Of a DNA stretch of 64,000 bases, positions 50,821-59,089 are shown piece after piece; the first letter of the stretch is position 1, and each line of letters opens with the position of its first letter. The notes beneath the pieces are model-generated. The model was given only the letters and a program-made list of their open reading frames with translations, made no database searches and was not told the DNA's origin. Origin of the DNA: a virus; IMG/VR virus record IMGVR_UViG_3300009181_000066, positions 6,276-70,275 of that record; one strand, written 5' to 3'. Both the position numbers and the translations under genes were made by a program.

Positions 50821-53510
50821 TGGCTTGTGTTTCAGGTTTAACAAATGGGGTATTTAGTTACGTTGATTGCTGTGGGATATTACAGACCGGAGTATCTTTA
50901 GGTCAAAGCATATGTTTAGACGAAGCATTTACTGGTACTTCATTTGGTGTTTATATTGCTTCAGGACAAACTTGTACTCAAAACTGTAACCAGGGTACGT
51001 TAAGTTATAGTTTTCAAGTTACGGGTGTTTGTGATACATCTTACGGGCAGATAATATTTACACCTTCTGGTGGTATACCTCCATATACGATAGATCCTGT
51101 AACACCTACCGGAACTACATTAACTGCACAAACAAGTAGTGGGGATATCACCTTTACTGGTTTAACAGGTGGGACTTATGTATTCCGTCTAAATGATTCA
51201 CAAGGGTTACAAAACAATGAATTATATATTAATACAATAATATCAAATTGTTTTGAAGCTAACGTATATGGGGTTTCAGGATCAACTTGTGGTTTAAGTA
51301 ATGGATATATTAACATAACCGCAACGACAAGCGCGTCTCCATATACTATTATTGTTTATAAAGACGGAGGTGTATTTAATGTATCAACAGAAGCGACATT
51401 ACCTGTAACATATTCTAATTTACCTTCAGGAATTTATTATGCAACGGTTTTTGACTATGGGTCAGTGACGGCAAATACTGAAAATTTTGTAATAGATGAA
51501 AGTGTTGGGGTTGATTTTGGTTTTTGGAAAGTTAACACATCGACTTGTGTTATTGATAAAGGTAAACTTGCGGTAACGGGTTTAACAGGTACTGGTCCGT
51601 ATACTTTTTTATGGAGTAATAATGAAACAACCCAATTAGTTACGGGTCTTACACAAGGTACATATAGTGTTACTGTGACGGATGCGTTAGGATGTTCAAC
51701 CACAAAGTCTGAACTTATTGGAACTGCAGATCCTATAGGTCTTGGGTTTTTGACTGCAGTTAATCCGTCTTGTTTCTCAAATGATGGGTCTTTAACTTTT
51801 ACAATAACAGGAGGTACGGTTCCTTTTTATTATTCTGCTTCTACCTATGAAGTGGGGTATACATTATCTGATACGTTTACAATATCTAATTTGGCGGGTG
51901 GGGCGTACCAAGTATTGGTAAGAGATGCTAATTTTTGTGAAGTTATTTTAAATGGTACCATAAATACCGTTAATGGTTTTAATGTTGTTGAAATTGCAAC
52001 TACACAATCATCTTGTAATCAGTCTAGTGGGAAGATTGGAGTAACTATAGAAGGTGCGAACAATTTTTATACGTACGCAATTTCAGGATTAACCACAAAT
52101 TACACCAATGGAATAACCACTCAAAGTCAAACACATAACTTTACTAATTTATCAAACGACACTTATTTATTAGTTATATCAGGATCGGGTACAAATTGTA
52201 GTTATAGTGAATTTGTTACAATCGCTTCAGTTGATAAGTTTCAAGTAAATTATACTGCAACAACCGCAAGTTGTGGGTTAAATAACGGGGTTATTAGTGT
52301 TGAGGTAGGGACTGGTTATACGGGAGTATTAGATTATGTTTTAAGTGACGGACAATCAATTATAGATACGCCATCTACCGCTTACACATTTAGTAATTTA
52401 GTTGAGGGTCAATATACGTTAAGTGTTACCGATAATGAAAACTGTACGGTATCTAAAGATTTTGAAATAACAACAACAGGGGAATTAGCCTTTATGGTTA
52501 ATGCTGTTGATTGTACTGGGGTAAATGATGGGTCGGCAAGTGTTTTAATAAATAAAGGGGAACCTACATTTGCATATGAATGGTCCGACAATGTGCCAGG
52601 AAACCCAACAGGGTCTACGGTTACGGGTTTATCGGGGGGTACATATTCGGTAATAGTTACGGATAGTAGTGGGTGTAGTAATAAACAAATATTTGATATA
52701 TTGTGTGGAAATAGTAATATTGTTTCTTATCAAATTGTCAATCTTTGTGTTAATGAGTTTAATACCCAATCAGGAAATAAAAGAGGTTTTTCTGAAATGT
52801 TAAATGAAGGGTTTTTAGATTTAACAAATGAATACACAAATTGTATTTTAAGTTCCGCAACATTTAATTGTAATATAGACATTAATGGAACCGCTTATAC
52901 CCAATCTTTTTACACAACGAATGAATTTAGCGATGTCCCTAGTGATGCTTTATGGCAAAGTACTATTGAAGGTATATTATCATCAATAACTGAAATAGGT
53001 TCTTACAATGTTAATTTACTTAATAACACATTACAAATTAATTCTAATTGTGATGGGGATAGTGATCCTCTTGGGGGTAAACCAATTACCATTGAATTAG
53101 AGATTGATTATACATTAAACTGTGAGTCTTCAGGGGATACAATGTGTTTTAATTTTTCAAGTAGTACTTATGTATCAAATGTTACAGCATCGCCGGAAGG
53201 TATAAATAATAATAGACCATACTATACATTTCCAAGAGGTGGAATTACTTGTTATGTGTATTGGGATGATGTATCTAATGTTTGGGTATTTTCTAAAACT
53301 TTAGGTGGAGATATAAATAATAGTTTTTCGACACTTGATAATTTTTATAATCCAAATCCGGTAAGTAATATGACATATACATGGCAAGACGGACCTGAAA
53401 GTGGAACATTTAAAATGAACACATCTACAAGTGGAATGTGTCCATATAAACAATTCCAAAACCTGACAAATTTTGAATTTATGACAGGTGTACCATATGA
53501 ATTTCAATAA
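50820..53510 (+). CDS. SprB-repeat fibre/adhesin-like virion protein
   Basis: Seven-ish Ig-like repeats: C...G.I.....GG..PY.Y.W....GL..GTY.V.VTD..GC; ends KQFQNLTNFEFMTGVPYEFQ. Confidence 0.8.
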   Translation: MACVSGLTNGVFSYVDCCGILQTGVSLGQSICLDEAFTGTSFGVYIASGQTCTQNCNQGTLSYSFQVTGVCDTSYGQIIFTPSGGIPPYTIDPVTPTGTTLTAQTSSGDITFTGLTGGTYVFRLNDSQGLQNNELYINTIISNCFEANVYGVSGSTCGLSNGYINITATTSASPYTIIVYKDGGVFNVSTEATLPVTYSNLPSGIYYATVFDYGSVTANTENFVIDESVGVDFGFWKVNTSTCVIDKGKLAVTGLTGTGPYTFLWSNNETTQLVTGLTQGTYSVTVTDALGCSTTKSELIGTADPIGLGFLTAVNPSCFSNDGSLTFTITGGTVPFYYSASTYEVGYTLSDTFTISNLAGGAYQVLVRDANFCEVILNGTINTVNGFNVVEIATTQSSCNQSSGKIGVTIEGANNFYTYAISGLTTNYTNGITTQSQTHNFTNLSNDTYLLVISGSGTNCSYSEFVTIASVDKFQVNYTATTASCGLNNGVISVEVGTGYTGVLDYVLSDGQSIIDTPSTAYTFSNLVEGQYTLSVTDNENCTVSKDFEITTTGELAFMVNAVDCTGVNDGSASVLINKGEPTFAYEWSDNVPGNPTGSTVTGLSGGTYSVIVTDSSGCSNKQIFDILCGNSNIVSYQIVNLCVNEFNTQSGNKRGFSEMLNEGFLDLTNEYTNCILSSATFNCNIDINGTAYTQSFYTTNEFSDVPSDALWQSTIEGILSSITEIGSYNVNLLNNTLQINSNCDGDSDPLGGKPITIELEIDYTLNCESSGDTMCFNFSSSTYVSNVTASPEGINNNRPYYTFPRGGITCYVYWDDVSNVWVFSKTLGGDINNSFSTLDNFYNPNPVSNMTYTWQDGPESGTFKMNTSTSGMCPYKQFQNLTNFEFMTGVPYEFQ

Positions 53511-53529
53511 ACTTAATTAAATAAAAAAC

Positions 53530-54225
53530 ATGGCAACTTTAACATCAATATCTTTAGTAACCCCATCAGCTATTACGGAAACTTCACAAATTCACGTTGT
53601 AATTACGGGGGACACGACTCAAGGTAATCCTGATGGGTCTTCATATAAAGCAAATCTTTCAGATTTAAGAACGGTTTTTTTAGATACATTTATAACAGGG
53701 TTTACCTACAATAACGCTAACACACTAACAATTGCAAGAAATCAAGGGCAACCTAATTTGACTGCAACAATCAACACGATGACTGGTCTAACAATAAATG
53801 GGGCATTGTCTGCTACTACGATTTATTTAAGTGGTCAACCTGTTTCAACAACAACTTGGGTTACAAGAACAGATGTGAGTTCTCAAATATATAATATTCC
53901 TTCCGTAAATTATGGAATAATAAATAGATACACATTAAATGTGTATTCTGAATATGTATTACCTGCAACATGTGAAATAGGTGATGTTATAGAAATTATT
54001 GAGGATAAAGCAGGAAGTTCTAAAACCAGAGTTAGAGCAAATACAGGTCAAACAATTAGGGTGAGTAGTTATGGAACGACAGGGACTGCGGGATATTTTG
54101 ATACCGTAAATACTGACAATGTTGCAATAAAGCTTGTTTGTATTACTGCAAATTCTAAATGGGCGGTAGTTTCATATTTTTCCGATTTTAATAATGGGTC
54201 TGGATCAGTACCAACAATAGTGTAA
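53530..54225 (+). CDS. Short tail fibre/appendage protein (paralogous N-terminus with 54841)
   Basis: N-terminal IHVV.TGDTTQ...GSSYKA; C-terminal LPATCEIGDVIEII...AIKLVC....W fibre-type domain. Confidence 0.6.
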   Translation: MATLTSISLVTPSAITETSQIHVVITGDTTQGNPDGSSYKANLSDLRTVFLDTFITGFTYNNANTLTIARNQGQPNLTATINTMTGLTINGALSATTIYLSGQPVSTTTWVTRTDVSSQIYNIPSVNYGIINRYTLNVYSEYVLPATCEIGDVIEIIEDKAGSSKTRVRANTGQTIRVSSYGTTGTAGYFDTVNTDNVAIKLVCITANSKWAVVSYFSDFNNGSGSVPTIV

Positions 54226-54519
54226 ATGGCTAGTGTTTTAAACATATCAAACATATCAGGAGGCACACCACCTTATAGTTTTTATGTTTGTGATGAAAAC
54301 GGAAACAACTGTTCTTTATTAGGAACTACCGCAAGTGCATATACATTAAATGCCTTTTATTCAACTGCAAACACATTACTAATAAAAGTGATAGATAGTA
54401 ACTCTTGTCAATTTTTCACTTTAATTTCTTGTCCTATTGATAGTTGTATAATTTTAACTGAAGACTTAGATAAAATCACGACAGAAGATGGGGACTTCAT
54501 TGTATTTTGTGATTTTTAA
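54226..54519 (+). CDS. Single SprB-like-domain mini-protein with C-terminal ILTED.D.ITTEDG tag
   Basis: SGGTPPYSFYVCD...C...IKVIDSNSC; tail CIILTEDLDKITTEDGDFIVF. Confidence 0.65.
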   Translation: MASVLNISNISGGTPPYSFYVCDENGNNCSLLGTTASAYTLNAFYSTANTLLIKVIDSNSCQFFTLISCPIDSCIILTEDLDKITTEDGDFIVFCDF

Positions 54520-54530
54520 TATTTATTGTT

Positions 54531-54818
54531 ATGATAGTACAAATCACAGGATCTACGAGCGGACAATCACCATTTGATGTTTTTTTGTGTGATTCAACAA
54601 ACACCTCCTGTTTTTATGTTTCAGGGATTACATATCTAACACCCGTTGTTGTTTTTGATACAAATAACTATTTTCCAAATGAAAACGTTCTATATTTAAA
54701 AGTTATTGACTCTCTCGGTTGTACATTTATTGAAAAGTTAGATTGTGGGGAAGGAAAAATGTACCAAGACGGAATATATGTCAAATTTATGGACGGAGTT
54801 GGTTATTATTTCCAATAA
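54531..54818 (+). CDS. Single SprB-like-domain mini-protein with C-terminal Q...FM.G..Y.FQ tag
   Basis: SGQSPFDVFLCD...C...LKVIDSLGC; tail KMYQDGIYVKFMDGVGYYFQ. Confidence 0.65.
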   Translation: MIVQITGSTSGQSPFDVFLCDSTNTSCFYVSGITYLTPVVVFDTNNYFPNENVLYLKVIDSLGCTFIEKLDCGEGKMYQDGIYVKFMDGVGYYFQ

Positions 54819-54840
54819 GGAATATTTATAAAATAAAACT

Positions 54841-55821
54841 ATGCCAACTTATCAGTTTCTTACGGATAGATCATTAGCTCAATCTACGGCAATAACGCCG
54901 ACAACTATTATACATATTGTAACCACTGCGGATACAACCCAAAGTGTTTATGGGTCATCATATAAGGCAACAATACAACAAGTTTCAGATGCTATCTTAA
55001 CAGGGTCTACGAACATATATAATTCAGATGGTACTTTAACAGGGAATAGAAATGTTAATTTTACAGGAAGTAGATTACAATTTTCAGGAACAAATAGTAG
55101 TACAACTATAGGTTTAACATTAAGGGCTAGTTCTGGTTCTGGAAACCGTTTTGCTAAATTAAGTGCAGTAAATGGGTCACTACAAAATAACATAGATGTG
55201 ACCATTGCGGGTACATCAATTAACTCTTCGGATACTGGATATACAAACTCAGTCAGTACAGATTCGGTAGGTGTTAATATTACCGCTTCTGATTATACAG
55301 GGTACACAAATACAATAGATCTCAATTCGGGTGGAATAATGATTAATTCAGAATATTATTTACCGCCTACGGATGGAACTACAGGGCAAATTATGACAAC
55401 AGATGGTAGCGGAACTACTAGTTGGCAAAGTATGTATGGGTATCAATACTATAGTGCGGTAACCATTACAAGTGCTCAAACACTCTCAATTGGGTCATCA
55501 CCTGTTGAAATCTTACCAGCACCTGGTGCTAACAAATATTATGATTTTAAAGTATTTTTTGAATACATATTTAATACTACCTCATATGTCAGTACAGGTA
55601 AAATGGAATTACACGATAGTACTGCAAAACGAGTGTCAAATCGATTTGATTTTAATGGTCAATTATCCAATAATATATTGATTAGTGATATGAACGCGGC
55701 GAGTGAATTGATGCCAATCAATAGTAAACTTGAGTTTACAACATCTGATGGGACTAACCCAACACTTGGTGATAGTTCATTTAAAGTAAAAATATATTAT
55801 AATATTATTGATTTTGGTTAA
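54841..55821 (+). CDS. Tail fibre/appendage protein
   Basis: N-terminus paralogous to 53530; NIYNSDGTLTGNR and LP.TDGTTGQIMTTDGSG..SW fibre-shaft motifs; distinct C-terminal head domain. Confidence 0.65.
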   Translation: MPTYQFLTDRSLAQSTAITPTTIIHIVTTADTTQSVYGSSYKATIQQVSDAILTGSTNIYNSDGTLTGNRNVNFTGSRLQFSGTNSSTTIGLTLRASSGSGNRFAKLSAVNGSLQNNIDVTIAGTSINSSDTGYTNSVSTDSVGVNITASDYTGYTNTIDLNSGGIMINSEYYLPPTDGTTGQIMTTDGSGTTSWQSMYGYQYYSAVTITSAQTLSIGSSPVEILPAPGANKYYDFKVFFEYIFNTTSYVSTGKMELHDSTAKRVSNRFDFNGQLSNNILISDMNAASELMPINSKLEFTTSDGTNPTLGDSSFKVKIYYNIIDFG

Positions 55822-55910
55822 TATATATATTTTTTAAATACGTAATAAGAACGATTGTTGATATTCAAATTTAACCCTTTTATTTATTTATTTTCATTAT
55901 TTCATAATAT

Positions 55911-57155
55911 ATGAATATGAAAATATTTATTCAAATTGCGTCATATAGAGATCCTGAATTAATACATACAATTAAATCTTGTTTAGAAAACGCCAAAAAT
56001 CCGCAAAATTTAATTTTTGGTATTGCAAGACAATATCACAAAGATGATAAATTTGATGATCTTTCTGAATATGAAAATGACGAAAGGTTTAGAATATTAA
56101 ATATCCCATACCAAGAGTCAAAAGGAGTATGTTGGGCAAGAAACCAAGTCCAACAACTGTATAAAGATGAAGAGTACACCCTTCAAATTGACTCTCATAT
56201 GAGATTTGAAAAAGATTGGGACGACACTCTTATTGAAATGTTAAAACAACTACAAGAGTTAGGGATTCCGAAACCTTTATTAACGGGGTATGTGTCGTCT
56301 TATAATCCAAAAAATGATCCACAAGAAAGAGTAAGGGTGCCTTGGAGGATGGTATTTGATAAATTTATTCCTGAAGGTGCCATCTTTTTTTTACCTGAAA
56401 CAATACCAAATTGGCAAGATTTAGAATTACCCGTCCCGGCTAGATTTTATTCTGCCCATTTTTGTTTCACGTTAGGTGAGTTTTCAAAAGAAGTGCAACA
56501 CAATCCTGATTTTTATTTTCACGGTGAGGAAATATCCATTACTGTAAGGGCATTTACAAACGGTTATGATTTATTTCATCCCCATAAAGTTATTATTTGG
56601 CATGAATATACAAGAGAAGGTAGGACAAAACAATGGGATGATGATAAAGAATGGTACAAGAAAAATGAAAGTTCACATCTTTTAAATAAAAAACTTTTTG
56701 GAATGGATGGGTTGGATCAAGAAGGTCATGATGGGAAATACGGTCTTGGTAATGTTAGATCTTTAAGAGATTATGAAGAATATGCCGGGATTTTATTTTC
56801 TAAAAGATCCGTTCAAAACCACACACTACAAAAAAATTACCCACCAAATCCAAATTATTCAACTGAAACAGAATTTTTAGAATCTTTTACTAATATTTTC
56901 GACTATGAAATAAAATTAAATAAAGAAGATTTTAAAGAATCTGACTATGATTTTTGGGCGGTTATTTTCCATAATAATGATGGTGAAGAGGTTTTTAGAA
57001 AAGATGCTGACACAACCGAAATACAAATATTATTAAATATGGATCATTTAAAAATAAGAAGATCGTTTTTATCATATCAAAAACCAAAAAGTTGGACTGT
57101 GTGGTCACATAGTATTTCTAAAGGGTGGGATAAAGAAATAAAAGGAATAATATAA
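55911..57155 (+). CDS. GT60/PF11397-like alpha-N-acetylglucosaminyltransferase (protein O-GlcNAc transferase, GT-A fold)
   Basis: IFIQIASYRDPE, SKGVCWAR, YTLQIDSHMRF..DWD (DxH), SAHF.F, FHGEE, R.FT.GYD.F.P, H.Y.R, YGLG.VR.L.DYE; extra ~90-aa C-terminal domain. Confidence 0.88.
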   Translation: MNMKIFIQIASYRDPELIHTIKSCLENAKNPQNLIFGIARQYHKDDKFDDLSEYENDERFRILNIPYQESKGVCWARNQVQQLYKDEEYTLQIDSHMRFEKDWDDTLIEMLKQLQELGIPKPLLTGYVSSYNPKNDPQERVRVPWRMVFDKFIPEGAIFFLPETIPNWQDLELPVPARFYSAHFCFTLGEFSKEVQHNPDFYFHGEEISITVRAFTNGYDLFHPHKVIIWHEYTREGRTKQWDDDKEWYKKNESSHLLNKKLFGMDGLDQEGHDGKYGLGNVRSLRDYEEYAGILFSKRSVQNHTLQKNYPPNPNYSTETEFLESFTNIFDYEIKLNKEDFKESDYDFWAVIFHNNDGEEVFRKDADTTEIQILLNMDHLKIRRSFLSYQKPKSWTVWSHSISKGWDKEIKGII

Positions 57156-57200
57156 CATAAAATAAACATTTGATTATTTATATAAAAACAAAAAAAGTTA

Positions 57201-58796
57201 ATGGCTACAGTCTATCTTGAACGTTGTTGCGATAATACTATAAACTATGAGGTAAATGGTTGGACGGGATCCACATCATTGGGTAATGTATTTTCAATTA
57301 CTGGAGATACCGGTATTATAAATGGTTGTTATACAATTGTTTCATCATTAGTTGCTCCTGTTGTTACTTTCGATGGTATTGAAACATCCGTTGTTGATTG
57401 TAACGACCCATTATGTATTGATTGTTGTGATACTGAATTATGTTTTAATGTAAATTTAATATCATATTCCGGGTATAATGGAACATATGAATTAACGGGT
57501 AATTATAATGGAAATTATTATTGGACTGGAGGTACAAGTCCCGGATATTTATTTTTTGATAATATAAAATGGTGTTTAAGTTCATCTTTGGGGGGTACTT
57601 GCGATTTTTATGGATCAAACCCAACAAGTTCATTATGTCCCGATCTTGATGAAAGTTTATTAACTATTGGTGTATGTGTACCAACACCGACACCTGTTGA
57701 TCCTTGTTATGGGTTAGATTTTGATGTGTTATTAGAATGTAATATCCCGACGGCGACTCCGACACCAACACCGACACCCACACCTACACCGACACCAACA
57801 CCGACACCTACAAATGTTTGTGATCCTTTTTCTGCTACGGTTAGTGTGACTGCGGTAACAATCACGCCAACACCGACTCCAACACCAACGCCAACACCAA
57901 CGGTTACAAGACCTATTATAATTTCTGGAAATTCAGTAAATTTCATAATAGATGATGGTGTGTTTGTATGTTCAAATGTAAAAGAATTGGTTGATTGCGA
58001 ATCTAATGAAAAATATTATATATCAGGAGTATTAACGTATACTGGATCACCTATAAGTATTGGAACTACTTTCTTAGCTTTATTTGGTACCTCAGGTTCA
58101 AGTCAAGTTAAATGTGTTACTTATACTAACACTGTTGATGGTTCGCCAAATCAGGCGTTAAATTCAGTTGTTGAGGTTTATTCGGGAGGATGTGAAAATT
58201 GTAATTTACCAACACCTACGCCAACACCGACACCCACGCCGACGCCGACACCAACACCTACACCGACACCAACACCTACTTTGGTACCTAATACTAAATT
58301 TGTGTTTACAAGTTGTACGGACACGTCAATGATTGTTCAATCTACATATCAACCATCAAATGTTATTGAAGGTGATGTCATCAAAGATCTTTCTGGTAAT
58401 TGTTATACTTATGTTGGATCATTTGTCGGTTATGTACCACCATCAGGGTATATTGTTGTTAATGATGATGTATTTACAGCAACTACTGCAACAACATACA
58501 CTACTTGTGTTAGTTGTTTAACACCTACACCAACTCCGACACCAGCATATAAAGAATGGGTAGGAATGGCAGAATTTACCATTTCTTGTCCTGTTTGTGA
58601 ATTAACCGATTATGGTGTTCCTTATACTTTTTACACATCTGCAAGTGTTAGTTCATTAACGGACGGAACTGAGATTTATGATAATATGAATCTTACAGTA
58701 CCGACACTTGTGACTTATATTAAATACGGAAATAAAATATACATAAATAATGATGGTACAATAACTGAACATTGTACCGTGAATGGAAATTGTTAA
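57201..58796 (+). CDS. Mucin-like, Cys-rich virion appendage protein with (Pro-Thr)n linkers
   Basis: Five PT tracts separating small Cys-rich domains; about 28 Cys by hand count; TATTTAT upstream; no signal peptide. Confidence 0.75.
   Translation: MATVYLERCCDNTINYEVNGWTGSTSLGNVFSITGDTGIINGCYTIVSSLVAPVVTFDGIETSVVDCNDPLCIDCCDTELCFNVNLISYSGYNGTYELTGNYNGNYYWTGGTSPGYLFFDNIKWCLSSSLGGTCDFYGSNPTSSLCPDLDESLLTIGVCVPTPTPVDPCYGLDFDVLLECNIPTATPTPTPTPTPTPTPTPTPTNVCDPFSATVSVTAVTITPTPTPTPTPTPTVTRPIIISGNSVNFIIDDGVFVCSNVKELVDCESNEKYYISGVLTYTGSPISIGTTFLALFGTSGSSQVKCVTYTNTVDGSPNQALNSVVEVYSGGCENCNLPTPTPTPTPTPTPTPTPTPTPTPTLVPNTKFVFTSCTDTSMIVQSTYQPSNVIEGDVIKDLSGNCYTYVGSFVGYVPPSGYIVVNDDVFTATTATTYTTCVSCLTPTPTPTPAYKEWVGMAEFTISCPVCELTDYGVPYTFYTSASVSSLTDGTEIYDNMNLTVPTLVTYIKYGNKIYINNDGTITEHCTVNGNC
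57680..58545 (+). repeat. (Pro-Thr)n coding tracts at about 57680, 57746-57810, 57864-57910, 58208-58280, 58520-58545
   Basis: CCNACN hexamer runs with mixed third positions, so selection appears to act on the protein rather than reflecting recent slippage. Confidence 0.9.
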
Positions 58797-58803
58797 ATAA
58801 AAT

Positions 58804-59025
58804 ATGTCAGTAATAGTAAATATAGATTCAATAATATCGGGGACGAGTCCATATGATGTTTGGATTTGTGATAAATGTGATAGTTCTGGTGTTTGCCAGT
58901 ACATTGCCACGTTTACTGATGCTGAATTACCCTATAGTTTTACACTTCCATCTGTTTATGAAACTTACCCATCGTATGTGGTAAAAGTAATTGATGATAA
59001 TGGATGTGAGTATTGTTCGGTTTAA
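58804..59025 (+). CDS. Single SprB-like-domain mini-protein (third paralog, no C-terminal tag)
   Basis: SGTSPYDVWICD..D...C...VKVIDDNGC. Confidence 0.65.
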   Translation: MSVIVNIDSIISGTSPYDVWICDKCDSSGVCQYIATFTDAELPYSFTLPSVYETYPSYVVKVIDDNGCEYCSV

Positions 59026-59089
59026 AATAAAAATAAGTTAATATATCCTTTGAGTTAAAATAAAATATTATTAAGAGTAAATAACATAA

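Noticed and set aside
57707-57946. (Gly-Val)n ORF on the minus strand
   Set aside because: Simply the reverse complement of the Pro-Thr tracts.
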